A stretch of DNA of 64,000 nucleotides from Minisyncoccota bacterium (GTDB lineage Bacteria; Patescibacteriota; Minisyncoccia; Phycocordibacterales; Phycocordibacteraceae): contig DASWNF010000010.1 of assembly GCA_036399335.1 (NCBI GenBank), forward strand, positions 4,066 to 68,065, read 5' to 3'. Every line of letters begins with the position of its first letter. Within the stretch, counting starts at the first letter, position 1. The translations under genes and the position numbers were made by a program. The notes under the pieces are model-generated. The model was given only the letters and a program-made list of their open reading frames with translations, was not told where the DNA came from and did not search any database. Below are positions 1 through 8,050 of the stretch, one piece after another.

Positions 1-333
1 GCCGCTCAGGAAACGAGAAGGCTTGCCGGTAGCTCAGCCAGGCAAGGTGAGTCGCAATGGTGTCCATGTCGTCGGCCGTGCCCTGCTTGTCCGAAACGTT
101 GCCCGTAATGAGCAGCAGCCCCTTTGCCCGTTCTTGTAGGTCGGGGCAGAGCCGTTCAAGGGACGTCGCACCGACACGCTTGTTCCGGAAGCTGTAGAGC
201 ACGCTCGCGTACGGGATAAGCTGCCTGTCCGGGTCGTGCTCGTATGTTGCACGCGCCTCGTCGACCGTTGTTTGGTCGCCGCCCCATACACGCTCGCCGA
301 AGCTGCGTTTTCTTGAAAGAGTCATCGAAAGTC
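1..333 (-). CDS. Hypothetical protein, 5' part only (start codon at 331-333, continues beyond window start)
   Basis: Open frame on minus strand with ATG at 331-333 and GGGAGA Shine-Dalgarno 6 nt upstream; translation begins MTLSRKRSFGERVWGG...; runs off the window edge so it is absent from the ORF track. Confidence 0.4.
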
Positions 334-386
334 TCCCTGACCGGGAATTGGTCCGGGTGGACTATACGGTAAAGACCCGGCTTAGT

Positions 387-3300
387 CTACAGCGCCTTCA
401 AATTATCAATGGCAAGCGTCGTCTCGCCGTTCCTGATGGATACGGATCCCTTCACGAGTACGCAGGTGCCGGGCTGCACGGCGGGCATCTGCTCCTTATA
501 GAGTTTGGGGAAGATGACCGCTTCGATTGAGCCGGTCTTATCCTCAAAGCGCACGAAGGCCATCTTCTCACCCTTCTTCGTGAGGTACGTCTTCACTTCG
601 GCAACGAGAACGGGGAGGATGATTGGGAAGCCGGCCTGCGGATCCTCAAGTACCTTGCTGATGGAGGTCGTCGCCTTCGCGCAGGTCTCGCCGTGCGCAT
701 CGAGCGGGTGCCCGGAGACGTAGATACCTAGGAGTTCCTTTTCCCAGTCGAGCTTAAGGGCTGCGGGCGTTTCTTGGCCGTTTGGGGCAGGGAGATGAAG
801 CGTCGGCGCCATCGCCATCGCGCCGAACAGCGAGTCTTGCGCCGCCTCTTGGGTTGCGTCCCTATGGAAGGCAAGGAGTCCCTCGATGTGGTCGAGCAGG
901 TAGGTGCGATCGCCGAAACGGTCGAGCGCACCGCACTTGATGAGCGACTCGAGGGATTTGCGGTTGAGACTCTTTGCGGCAACGCGCGCGAGGAAATCCG
1001 AAAGCGTCGCGTACTGACCGTGTGCCATGCGCTCGTCGAGAATGGCGTGTGCAATGCCTTCGCCGAAGTTCTTGATGCTCGAAAGACCGAAGCGGATGGC
1101 GCCTGCGGCGTTGCCGTCGCCCGGGACCACGGTGAAGTCCGTACCGCTCTCGTTCACGTCGGGCGGGAGTACGGGAATGTGCAGGCGTTCGCACTCGGCG
1201 ACGAAGGTGGAAATGGCATCGGTATCGCCCGAGTCGGCCGTGAGTACGGACGCCATGTACTCGACGGGGTAGTTCGCCTTCATATAGGACGTCTGGTACG
1301 CGACCTTGCCGTAGCAGGCGGCGTGCGCCTTGCCGAAGCCGTAGGCCGCAAACGGCTCGATGAGTTTCCAAATGCGCTCGCCTTTGGCGGGTGAGAGGTG
1401 GCCGTACTCTTCGAAGCCTTTCAGCAGCTTCTCCTTCTGGGCGGCCATCTCGGCCGGGATCTTCTTACCCATGGCCTTGCGCAAGGTATCGGCTTCGAGC
1501 CACGAGTAGCCGCCAAGCTTGATGGCGGTGAGGAGGACGTCTTCCTGATAGACCAGGAGGCCGAACGAGGTGTCGAGGTACTCCTCCATGCGGGGGTCGA
1601 GGTACGTAACGAGTGCAGGGTTGTACTTGCGCTCGATGTACGCGGGAATCGTTTCCATCGGGCCCGGGCGGTAGAGGGCAACCATGGCGTTAATGTCATG
1701 GATGGTCGTCGGCTTGAGTTCCTTCAAGTAGCGAGTCATTCCGGCACCGTTCAGCTGGAAGGTACCCTCGGTCTCGCCGCGCGCGAGCATGGCGAACGTC
1801 TTCTCGTCGTCGAGCGGGATGTTCTCGATATCGATGGCGCGCCCCTGGGTCTCCTTCACGCGGGCAACGGCATTCGCGAGTATGGAAAGGTTCTTGATGC
1901 CGAGGAAGTCGAACTTAAGGAGGCCGGCATCCTCGATGGCGTGCATGTCGTACTGGGTAATGATTTTCCCGGTCTTCTGGTCAACCTGCACGGCCGTCCA
2001 CTCCGTGATGGGGGTCGGTGCAATGACGATGCCGGCGGCGTGCACACCCGTGTGCCGGGCTGAGCCTTCGATGCGGCGCGCGAGGTCGAGGATCTCGCGC
2101 GCGTCCTCGTCCTCGTCATAGAGCGACTGGAGGTCGGGCTCGAGCTCGAGCGCGCGGTCGATGGTCATGGGGAAGCCCTGGGAACCGATGGGGATGAGCT
2201 TTGCGATGCGGTCGCCCGTACCGTATGCGTGGCCGAGGGCACGCGAGATATCGCGCACGGCAGCGCGCGCCATCATCGTCCCGAACGTGCCTATCTGTGC
2301 CACCTTATCCTCACCGTACTTCTGCTTCGCGTACTGGATCATCTCGTCGCGGCGGCTGTCGGCGAAGTCCATGTCGATATCCGGCGCCTTCGGGCGCTCG
2401 GGGTTGAGGAAGCGCTCGAAGGGAAGCTTGTATTCGAGCGGGTCGACATTCGTAATGCCGACGAGATAGGAGACGAGGGAACCGGCCGCCGAACCGCGGG
2501 TCGTCGTGAGGATACCGACTTCCTTTGCGTGGTTCAGGAGGTCCGACACTACGAGGAAGTACGGTGCGAAGCCCTTCCCGATGATGACCTCGAGTTCATA
2601 CTCGATGCGCGTCTCGACTTCGGGCGTGCGCTCGAGGCCGCGCCGTTCAATGCCCGCATACGTGATCTCGCGCAAGAGCCGTTCATGGGTCGTGCCTTCG
2701 GGGATAGGGAACTCGGGGAAGACCCAGCTGCCGAGCTCGAAGGTGACGTTACACCGCTCGGCAATGCGGCCGCTTTCCGTCACGGCTTCGGGTACGTGGC
2801 TGAACCACGCTTCCATTTGCTTCTCGTCCACGAAGGAGAAGTCTTCTTCCTCGTTCCATCCTTTCGATCCCTGCTGGATGCGGCGCATGGCCTCGCGCGC
2901 CTCGCGGTCGTCGGGCTTCAGGTAATAGACATCGTGCTGCGCGAGGAGCGGCACCCCGGACTCTTTCCCGAGGGCGATGATTTCTTTCATGCGATCCTCG
3001 TGGCCGGCGACCTTCGGGTGGTGCGAGATCTCGAGGAAGAGGGAGCCGTCCGGCATGATGCTCTGGTATTCGGCGAGCGCCGCAGCGGCGCCGTCGCGGT
3101 CGCCGGCGCCCAGAAGCCGCGCGACGTCGCCTGCAAACGACGGGATGATGGCGATGACGCCTTCCGAGAGTTCGCGCAGGATATCGCGGTCGATGCGCGG
3201 CTTCTCGAAGAAGCCTTCGACGTGCCCGGCTGAAACGAGCTTGAGGAGGTTTTGGTATCCCCGGTTATTTTCTGCGAGGAGGACGATGCGCGTGCGCTTC

Positions 3301-3552
3301 GCGTCCTGGACTGGGTCCTTATCAAAGCGCGTGCGCGGCGCCATGTATAAGTCCGTGCCGATGATGGCCTTCACGTCCTTCTTCGCTGCCGCCTTATAAA
3401 ACTCGATCGCGCCGTGGAGGTTTCCTGTGTCGGTGAGCGCAATCGCCGGCATGCCGGCCGCGGCTGCGGCGGCAACGAGCTCCGGGACCTTCGGTAAGGC
3501 CTCAAGGAAACTGTAGTGGCTGTGGGTATGGAGGTGGACGAATTTGCTCATG
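387..3552 (-). CDS. dnaE: DNA polymerase III alpha subunit
   Basis: PHP-domain N-terminus MSKFVHLHTHSHYSFLEALP, Pol III alpha core and C-terminal OB fold; ATG re-assigned to 3550-3552 (the ORF-track N-terminal extension is low-complexity). Confidence 0.9.
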
Positions 3553-3606
3553 TCGTACGTACAGAATACCAGAGCGAGCGCTTGGGGATTGCGGTATAGT
3601 TTTGGT

Positions 3607-4215
3607 ATGGCATTTGTACTTGGCGTCGACGAAGCAGGACGCGGCCCGTTAGCCGGTCCGGTGGCCGTCGGCTGCGTCCGTGCTCCCGATGACTTCGACC
3701 TCATTGCAGCCTTTCCGGGGCTGAACGACTCAAAAAAGCTCACGGAAAAGGCACGCGAGACGTTATTTGGACTCCTCCTCGAACGAGCAGCCGCAGGCGA
3801 CGTGGCCTACCACGTTGAGCTCATCAGCCACCGCATTATCGATACGAAGGGTATTACGCATGCCGTACGGCGCGGCATCGGCAGGGGAGTGAAAAGCCTC
3901 ATGCCCGACCCGTCGCTCGGCAAGGTCTGGCTCGACGGGCTTCTTAAGGCGCCACGGCCATACGCGCAGGAGACGGTCATACATGGGGACGGCCTTATCC
4001 CGGCAATCATGCTTGCCTCGGTCGCGGCAAAAGTGACGCGCGACCGTTACATGACACGGCTTGCGAAGCGCTTCCCGGCCTATGGCTTCGAGCGACACAA
4101 GGGCTATGGGACCGATGCGCACTACCGCGCGCTCCGCGAATTAGGACCGTGCAGCTACCATCGCACGTCGTACGTGCATCTCGCTGAGCTTGACCTGGTG
4201 CCGGTAGAGGAGTAA
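3607..4215 (+). CDS. rnhB: Ribonuclease HII
   Basis: VLGVDEAGRGPLAGPVAV catalytic motif of RNase HII at the N-terminus; ATG at 3607. Confidence 0.85.
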   Translation: MAFVLGVDEAGRGPLAGPVAVGCVRAPDDFDLIAAFPGLNDSKKLTEKARETLFGLLLERAAAGDVAYHVELISHRIIDTKGITHAVRRGIGRGVKSLMPDPSLGKVWLDGLLKAPRPYAQETVIHGDGLIPAIMLASVAAKVTRDRYMTRLAKRFPAYGFERHKGYGTDAHYRALRELGPCSYHRTSYVHLAELDLVPVEE

Positions 4216-4216
4216 A

Positions 4217-4600
4217 CAATGAGCTGATTCTGGACTTTCGTTCACGGAGAGAAGCGTATGAGCGTCGAGGAGATTAAACCGGGATTCCAACCCCCGGCAT
4301 GTACTGGGGATTTCAAGCACGAAACTGCTGTCCGCAAAGGAGAGCGCCTTAAAAAAGCGGGTTTCGGCGACTGCGTTGACCCCAAAGAGGGTACGGCATG
4401 TCCTTGCGCGGGCGGCGCAGACCCGCAGAGAATGCCGAAAGTCAAAGGGGAGCTCGCCCTCAACTGCAGCAGACTAAGAAAGGCAGTTACGCCCATCCAG
4501 GCGGCTGCATGTCGTGCACGCATGCGCTCTACCTAATCTCCGATCACCGCCAAAGCTTAGGCTGAGGCGGTGTTTCGATTTATATATAAAGCCGGCGGAG
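4217..4600 (+). ncRNA. Candidate structured ncRNA with a tmRNA-like 5' end (possible ssrA); alternatively a Cys-rich 92-aa ORF at 4258-4536
   Basis: The sequence GAGCTGATTCTGGAC at 4221-4235 closely matches the conserved tmRNA 5' acceptor/D-loop region (GGGGCUGAUUCUGGAUUCGAC in E. coli). A 530-nt gene-poor gap follows rnhB. I could not find the 3' acceptor partner or a canonical tag reading frame. The ORF in this region has a GGAGAGAAG SD but lower GC3 than neighbouring genes. Confidence 0.3.
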
Positions 4601-4633
4601 CTTTCGCGTCCGCCGGCCATATGACCCGTGAGG

Positions 4634-4660
4634 GTGGGGGACTAGGGTCCCCGGGTTTTT
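4634..4660 (+). terminator. Rho-independent terminator-like hairpin
   Basis: GGGGGAC-TAGG-GTCCCC stem followed by GGGTTTTT. Confidence 0.45.
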
Positions 4661-4746
4661 CGGTAGCGCCGTAGCGTCTAGCCGGTTTCTAATAACCGAA
4701 GCACCCACTCTCGCCTTTTATAAGGCCCTGTGGTAGGGTATTTCCC

Positions 4747-5112
4747 ATGTCAGTACGAATGCGCCACACCAGTTCCCATACCAAGAACCGCCGGAGCCAC
4801 CACGCGCTCAAGGACGCTTCTATCGTGACGGATAAGGATTCCGGCGCGCTCCGTCTCCCGCACCGCCTCGACGAGACGACGGGCATGTACCGGGGCAAGC
4901 AGGTCATCCCGACCGAAACCTTGAAGCGCCGCGAAGCGCGCAAGGAGCGCCTCGATAAGCGCGCGCAGGAGGATGTCCATACGGACTTCCGTAACGAGCC
5001 CGCACAGGCCGAGGTCCACAACGAGAAGGAAGAGAAGAAGTCGGGTGTCCTCGGACGCTTCACGAAGGGCGGAAAGGCCAAGGCCCGTTCGGGCTTCGGC
5101 GGCGGGGCGTAA
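4747..5112 (+). CDS. rpmF: 50S ribosomal protein L32 with a long basic C-terminal extension
   Basis: N-terminus MSVRMRHTSSHTKNRRSHHALK...YRGKQV matches the L32 signature; the 121-aa length against ~57 aa typical implies a K/R/E-rich tail. Confidence 0.7.
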   Translation: MSVRMRHTSSHTKNRRSHHALKDASIVTDKDSGALRLPHRLDETTGMYRGKQVIPTETLKRREARKERLDKRAQEDVHTDFRNEPAQAEVHNEKEEKKSGVLGRFTKGGKAKARSGFGGGA

Positions 5113-5227
5113 CTCCACAACGCCACGCACAAAAGGGCGGCCTCATGGCCGCCCTTTTGTGTTGTACACACCCGGCGCCAGTTGCGCATTTGCGGGCGGT
5201 TGCTACTCTATCGGAACAGCTCTTTCC

Positions 5228-6136
5228 ATGGCAAACCGCCACCTCGCCCGTTCCGTCGTACTACAGACACTCTTCGAGTGGGATACTACGCATGCCTCCG
5301 ATGCTGCAGTCACGGAGATCCTCACCCGCAACGTCGATGAGTTCGGCGGGGAGGATGCGGACCGGCCGTTCATGGAAACCCTCCTTACCGGCGTTATCGC
5401 CAAGCGCCCTGACCTCGACCTCGTCATCACGAAGGCCGCACCCGATTGGCCGCTCGAGCGCATTGCGCCCGTCGACCGCAATATCCTCCGCATAGGGCTT
5501 TTCGAGCTTTTGTTCGCCGACCGCACGCAAGTCCCGGCGAAAGTCGCCATTAACGAGGCCATCGAACTCGCCAAGATATTCGGCGGCGATTCGTCCGGAC
5601 GTTTCGTGAACGGCGTCCTCGGCGCCGTGTACAAGGAAATGGGTGAACCCGGCAAGGACGAGAAGGGGAAGAAGGACCGCGTGCGCCGCGAAGACCTGCC
5701 GCTCGAGAAGCTCGGCGGCGCTATCGCCTACGCCGAGCACGAAGGCCAGTACTACCTCGCCCTCGTCCATGACGTCTTCGGGCGCTGGACGCTTTCGAAG
5801 GGGCACATCGAGCAGGACCCGAGCCCGGAGGAGGGGGTCGCCCGCGTCGTAAAGGAAGAGCTCGGCCTTATCGCTACCGTCGAGGAGATGGTGGGCGAGA
5901 ACGAGTACGTCGCCTCGCACCCCGAGAAGGGCAAGGTCAGGAAGCACGTCTGGTTCTTTCTCGTGCGCGCCGACTTCGAAACCCTCGTACTCAAGAAAAG
6001 CGGCGGCCTCGATGACGCGAAGTGGTTCCGCCTCCCGGATATCCTCGACCTCAATTTCTATGACGACATGCTCCCTATAGTCACGGCCGCAGTCCAGAAG
6101 CTTCTCGACAAGGCGCGCGCGAAGTCGAAGGCGTAG
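5228..6136 (+). CDS. nusB: Transcription antitermination factor NusB fused to a C-terminal NUDIX hydrolase domain
   Basis: VPAKVAINEAIELAKIFGGDSSGRFVNGVLGAV is near-identical to the NusB core (E. coli VPYKVAINEAIELAKSFG...FVNGVL). The C-terminal half carries the Nudix box GHIEQDPSPEEGVARVVKEELGL. ATG at 5228. Confidence 0.75.
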   Translation: MANRHLARSVVLQTLFEWDTTHASDAAVTEILTRNVDEFGGEDADRPFMETLLTGVIAKRPDLDLVITKAAPDWPLERIAPVDRNILRIGLFELLFADRTQVPAKVAINEAIELAKIFGGDSSGRFVNGVLGAVYKEMGEPGKDEKGKKDRVRREDLPLEKLGGAIAYAEHEGQYYLALVHDVFGRWTLSKGHIEQDPSPEEGVARVVKEELGLIATVEEMVGENEYVASHPEKGKVRKHVWFFLVRADFETLVLKKSGGLDDAKWFRLPDILDLNFYDDMLPIVTAAVQKLLDKARAKSKA

Positions 6137-6153
6137 GTTGTTTCGTAGGTGGT

Positions 6154-6241
6154 CGCAACAACGGCATGTAGCGCCTCTCGGCAGCGCTCCGGGCCGCTAG
6201 GCCAAGTCTAACTGCCTCGAAACGCTACATGCCATCGTTGC
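6154..6241 (+). promoter_or_regulatory. Long imperfect inverted repeat (about 19-nt arms plus inner pairing) in the rnc leader; candidate RNase III autoregulatory stem-loop
   Basis: GCAACAACGGCATGTAGCG (6154-6172) pairs with CGCTACATGCCATCGTTGC (6223-6241); additional inner complementarity (tcggcag/ctgcc); lies 45 nt upstream of the rnc ATG. Confidence 0.5.
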
Positions 6242-6284
6242 TTCACACCTTGCTCTATCTGGTACCTAAAGGTATATACGGACT

Positions 6285-6962
6285 ATGACCATCGCCGAAC
6301 GGGCCGCCGCCCTCAATCTTTCTTTCAATAACCTGGAGCTTCTCGAAGAGGCGCTGACGCACCGTTCCTTCCTGAACGAGAACAAGGACGCCAGAGCGCA
6401 TAACGAACGGCTCGAATTCCTCGGGGATGCCGTGCTGGAGCTCGCCGTCACCCGGTTCCTCTTCGATAAGTTCCCGAACAAGCCCGAAGGCGACCTCACG
6501 GCCTTCCGCGCCGCGCTTGTGAATACCGTTTCGCTCGCCGAAAGTGCCGAGCTCATCGGGCTTAACGACCTACTCTTCCTTTCGCGCGGGGAAGCAAAGG
6601 ACACGGGACGCGCACGCCAAATAATCCTCGCAAATGCCTTTGAGGCCCTCATCGGCGCCGTATACCTTGACCAGGGGTATGACGCAGCCGAAGCCTTCAT
6701 CGGTAAGCACCTCTACGCGAAAATTGACGGCGTTATCCGTGAGCGCTCATGGCAGGACGCGAAGAGCCGCTTCCAGGAACTGGCCCAAGAGCGCCGGAGC
6801 GTCACGCCTCTCTACCGCACGCTTAAGGAAGAAGGCCCCGACCACGACAAGCGCTTCACCGTCGGCGTGTTCCTCATCGAGGAGGAAATCGCGCGCGGCG
6901 AGGGCCAGTCAAAGCAGGAGGCCGAGCAGGCTGCAGCGCGCGCTGCGCTCGAGATATTTTAG
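6285..6962 (+). CDS. rnc: Ribonuclease III
   Basis: HRSF...NERLEFLGDAVLELAV RNase III signature and a C-terminal dsRBD. Confidence 0.9.
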   Translation: MTIAERAAALNLSFNNLELLEEALTHRSFLNENKDARAHNERLEFLGDAVLELAVTRFLFDKFPNKPEGDLTAFRAALVNTVSLAESAELIGLNDLLFLSRGEAKDTGRARQIILANAFEALIGAVYLDQGYDAAEAFIGKHLYAKIDGVIRERSWQDAKSRFQELAQERRSVTPLYRTLKEEGPDHDKRFTVGVFLIEEEIARGEGQSKQEAEQAAARAALEIF

Positions 6963-6997
6963 TACGCCCGAGCAATCGACAAATCATGGACACCCGT

Positions 6998-7027
6998 TGA
7001 CTTACCGATGCGTAAGCGCATAATCTT
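6998..7027 (+). promoter_or_regulatory. Putative sigma-70 promoter (TTGACT-18-TAATCT)
   Basis: TTGACTtaccgatgcgtaagcgcaTAATCT upstream of the 7057 ORF. Confidence 0.3.
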
Positions 7028-7056
7028 TTCAGAAACCGACAGAGGGGATTAAGACC

Positions 7057-7302
7057 ATGCGCAAGATAGAAGATTGGCTCGACGGACAATCAGAGCGCCT
7101 TCCGAATCGCAGCGCGCTCGTCGTGGCGGGAATTGTCGTACTGCTGCTCGTCAGCATCACGGCACTCTTCGATGAGCCGGGACCCTCAAAGGTGGCCCTG
7201 CATGCTTCCGAAAGGACAGCAGCCTCCGCAGCGGGCGATGTGGACGCTGCGTCCATGTCCGTCGCCGCTCCTTCCTACAACAACGAATTCACCACCCCGT
7301 GA
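7057..7302 (+). CDS. Small membrane protein (hypothetical)
   Basis: GAGGGGA SD 8 nt upstream of the ATG; one TM helix (LVVAGIVVLLLVSITALF); followed by a hairpin plus T-tract at about 7311-7350. Confidence 0.45.
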   Translation: MRKIEDWLDGQSERLPNRSALVVAGIVVLLLVSITALFDEPGPSKVALHASERTAASAAGDVDAASMSVAAPSYNNEFTTP

Positions 7303-7436
7303 CGTGGGGCGGGAGAAGGGCCTCGGCACATGCCGCGGCCCTTCATTTTTACACCCTAATTTGTTTGCCTTGACTGCCGCGCTGCCGTACCGCATCCTGC
7401 GGACGGATAGATACCAGCTACGTACGGGAGGAATGC

Positions 7437-7934
7437 ATGAGCCAAGGAAGGTATGAATCGAGAAGCCGTAACTACGTTTCCACTTCGGAACGCGGATTCC
7501 GCGGGTTCCGTTACGCCTACGCCTCAGTCGTGACGGGCCGGCGGCAGGTACGCCTGGCCGTTCTCGTCGAGGCGTACGTCGAAGACGGCGTCATCCTTGG
7601 GGGAGTTGCACGGCCGCTCACGGAGAGCGACGTGCTCGTGCTCCCGCCCGTGTACCACGGGCACCTCAGGGGTAAGGCTTACTTCACGACGCTCACGAAG
7701 GCCGTGGAGGAGGGTATCAGCACCGCCCACGGCATGTTCACCTGCCTGGACGCAATCGTCGAAGGGCCGGGCATCTATGAACTTTCGGAGCGGAAGGACG
7801 TGCCTCACGACCTGCTCGCCGCCTATGGGCTTACGTCCCGCCTCACGGTCGACGCAGTCCTGGAGCAGCTGCCTAAGCTTCTTGCCCAGATGGGGACGGA
7901 ACACTTCCGGAGCATCGAGCTGGTCGCCGCATAA
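7437..7934 (+). CDS. Hypothetical protein
   Basis: GGGAGG SD upstream of the ATG; 165-aa ORF; clean terminator downstream. Confidence 0.5.
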   Translation: MSQGRYESRSRNYVSTSERGFRGFRYAYASVVTGRRQVRLAVLVEAYVEDGVILGGVARPLTESDVLVLPPVYHGHLRGKAYFTTLTKAVEEGISTAHGMFTCLDAIVEGPGIYELSERKDVPHDLLAAYGLTSRLTVDAVLEQLPKLLAQMGTEHFRSIELVAA

Positions 7935-7955
7935 TCTCGCACATAAGAGTAACTG

Positions 7956-7986
7956 AAAGCCGCGGCACCACCCGCGGCTTTTTCTT
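7956..7986 (+). terminator. Rho-independent terminator
   Basis: AAGCCGCGG-cacca-CCCGCGGCTTTTTCTTT. Confidence 0.7.
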
Positions 7987-8050
7987 TACCCGCGCGTCTT
8001 TTGTACATATGGGGGTCAGAAGCGGATGAGCGCAGGGTATACTGGAGCCA

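Noticed and set aside
728-3399. Numerous 60-330-aa ORFs on both strands inside dnaE (e.g. 774..1394, 1398..2063, 2229..3233)
   Set aside because: They are fully nested within or antisense to a well-supported 1055-aa dnaE. High GC content generates long spurious open frames, and they have no SD and Arg/Ala/Pro-rich composition.
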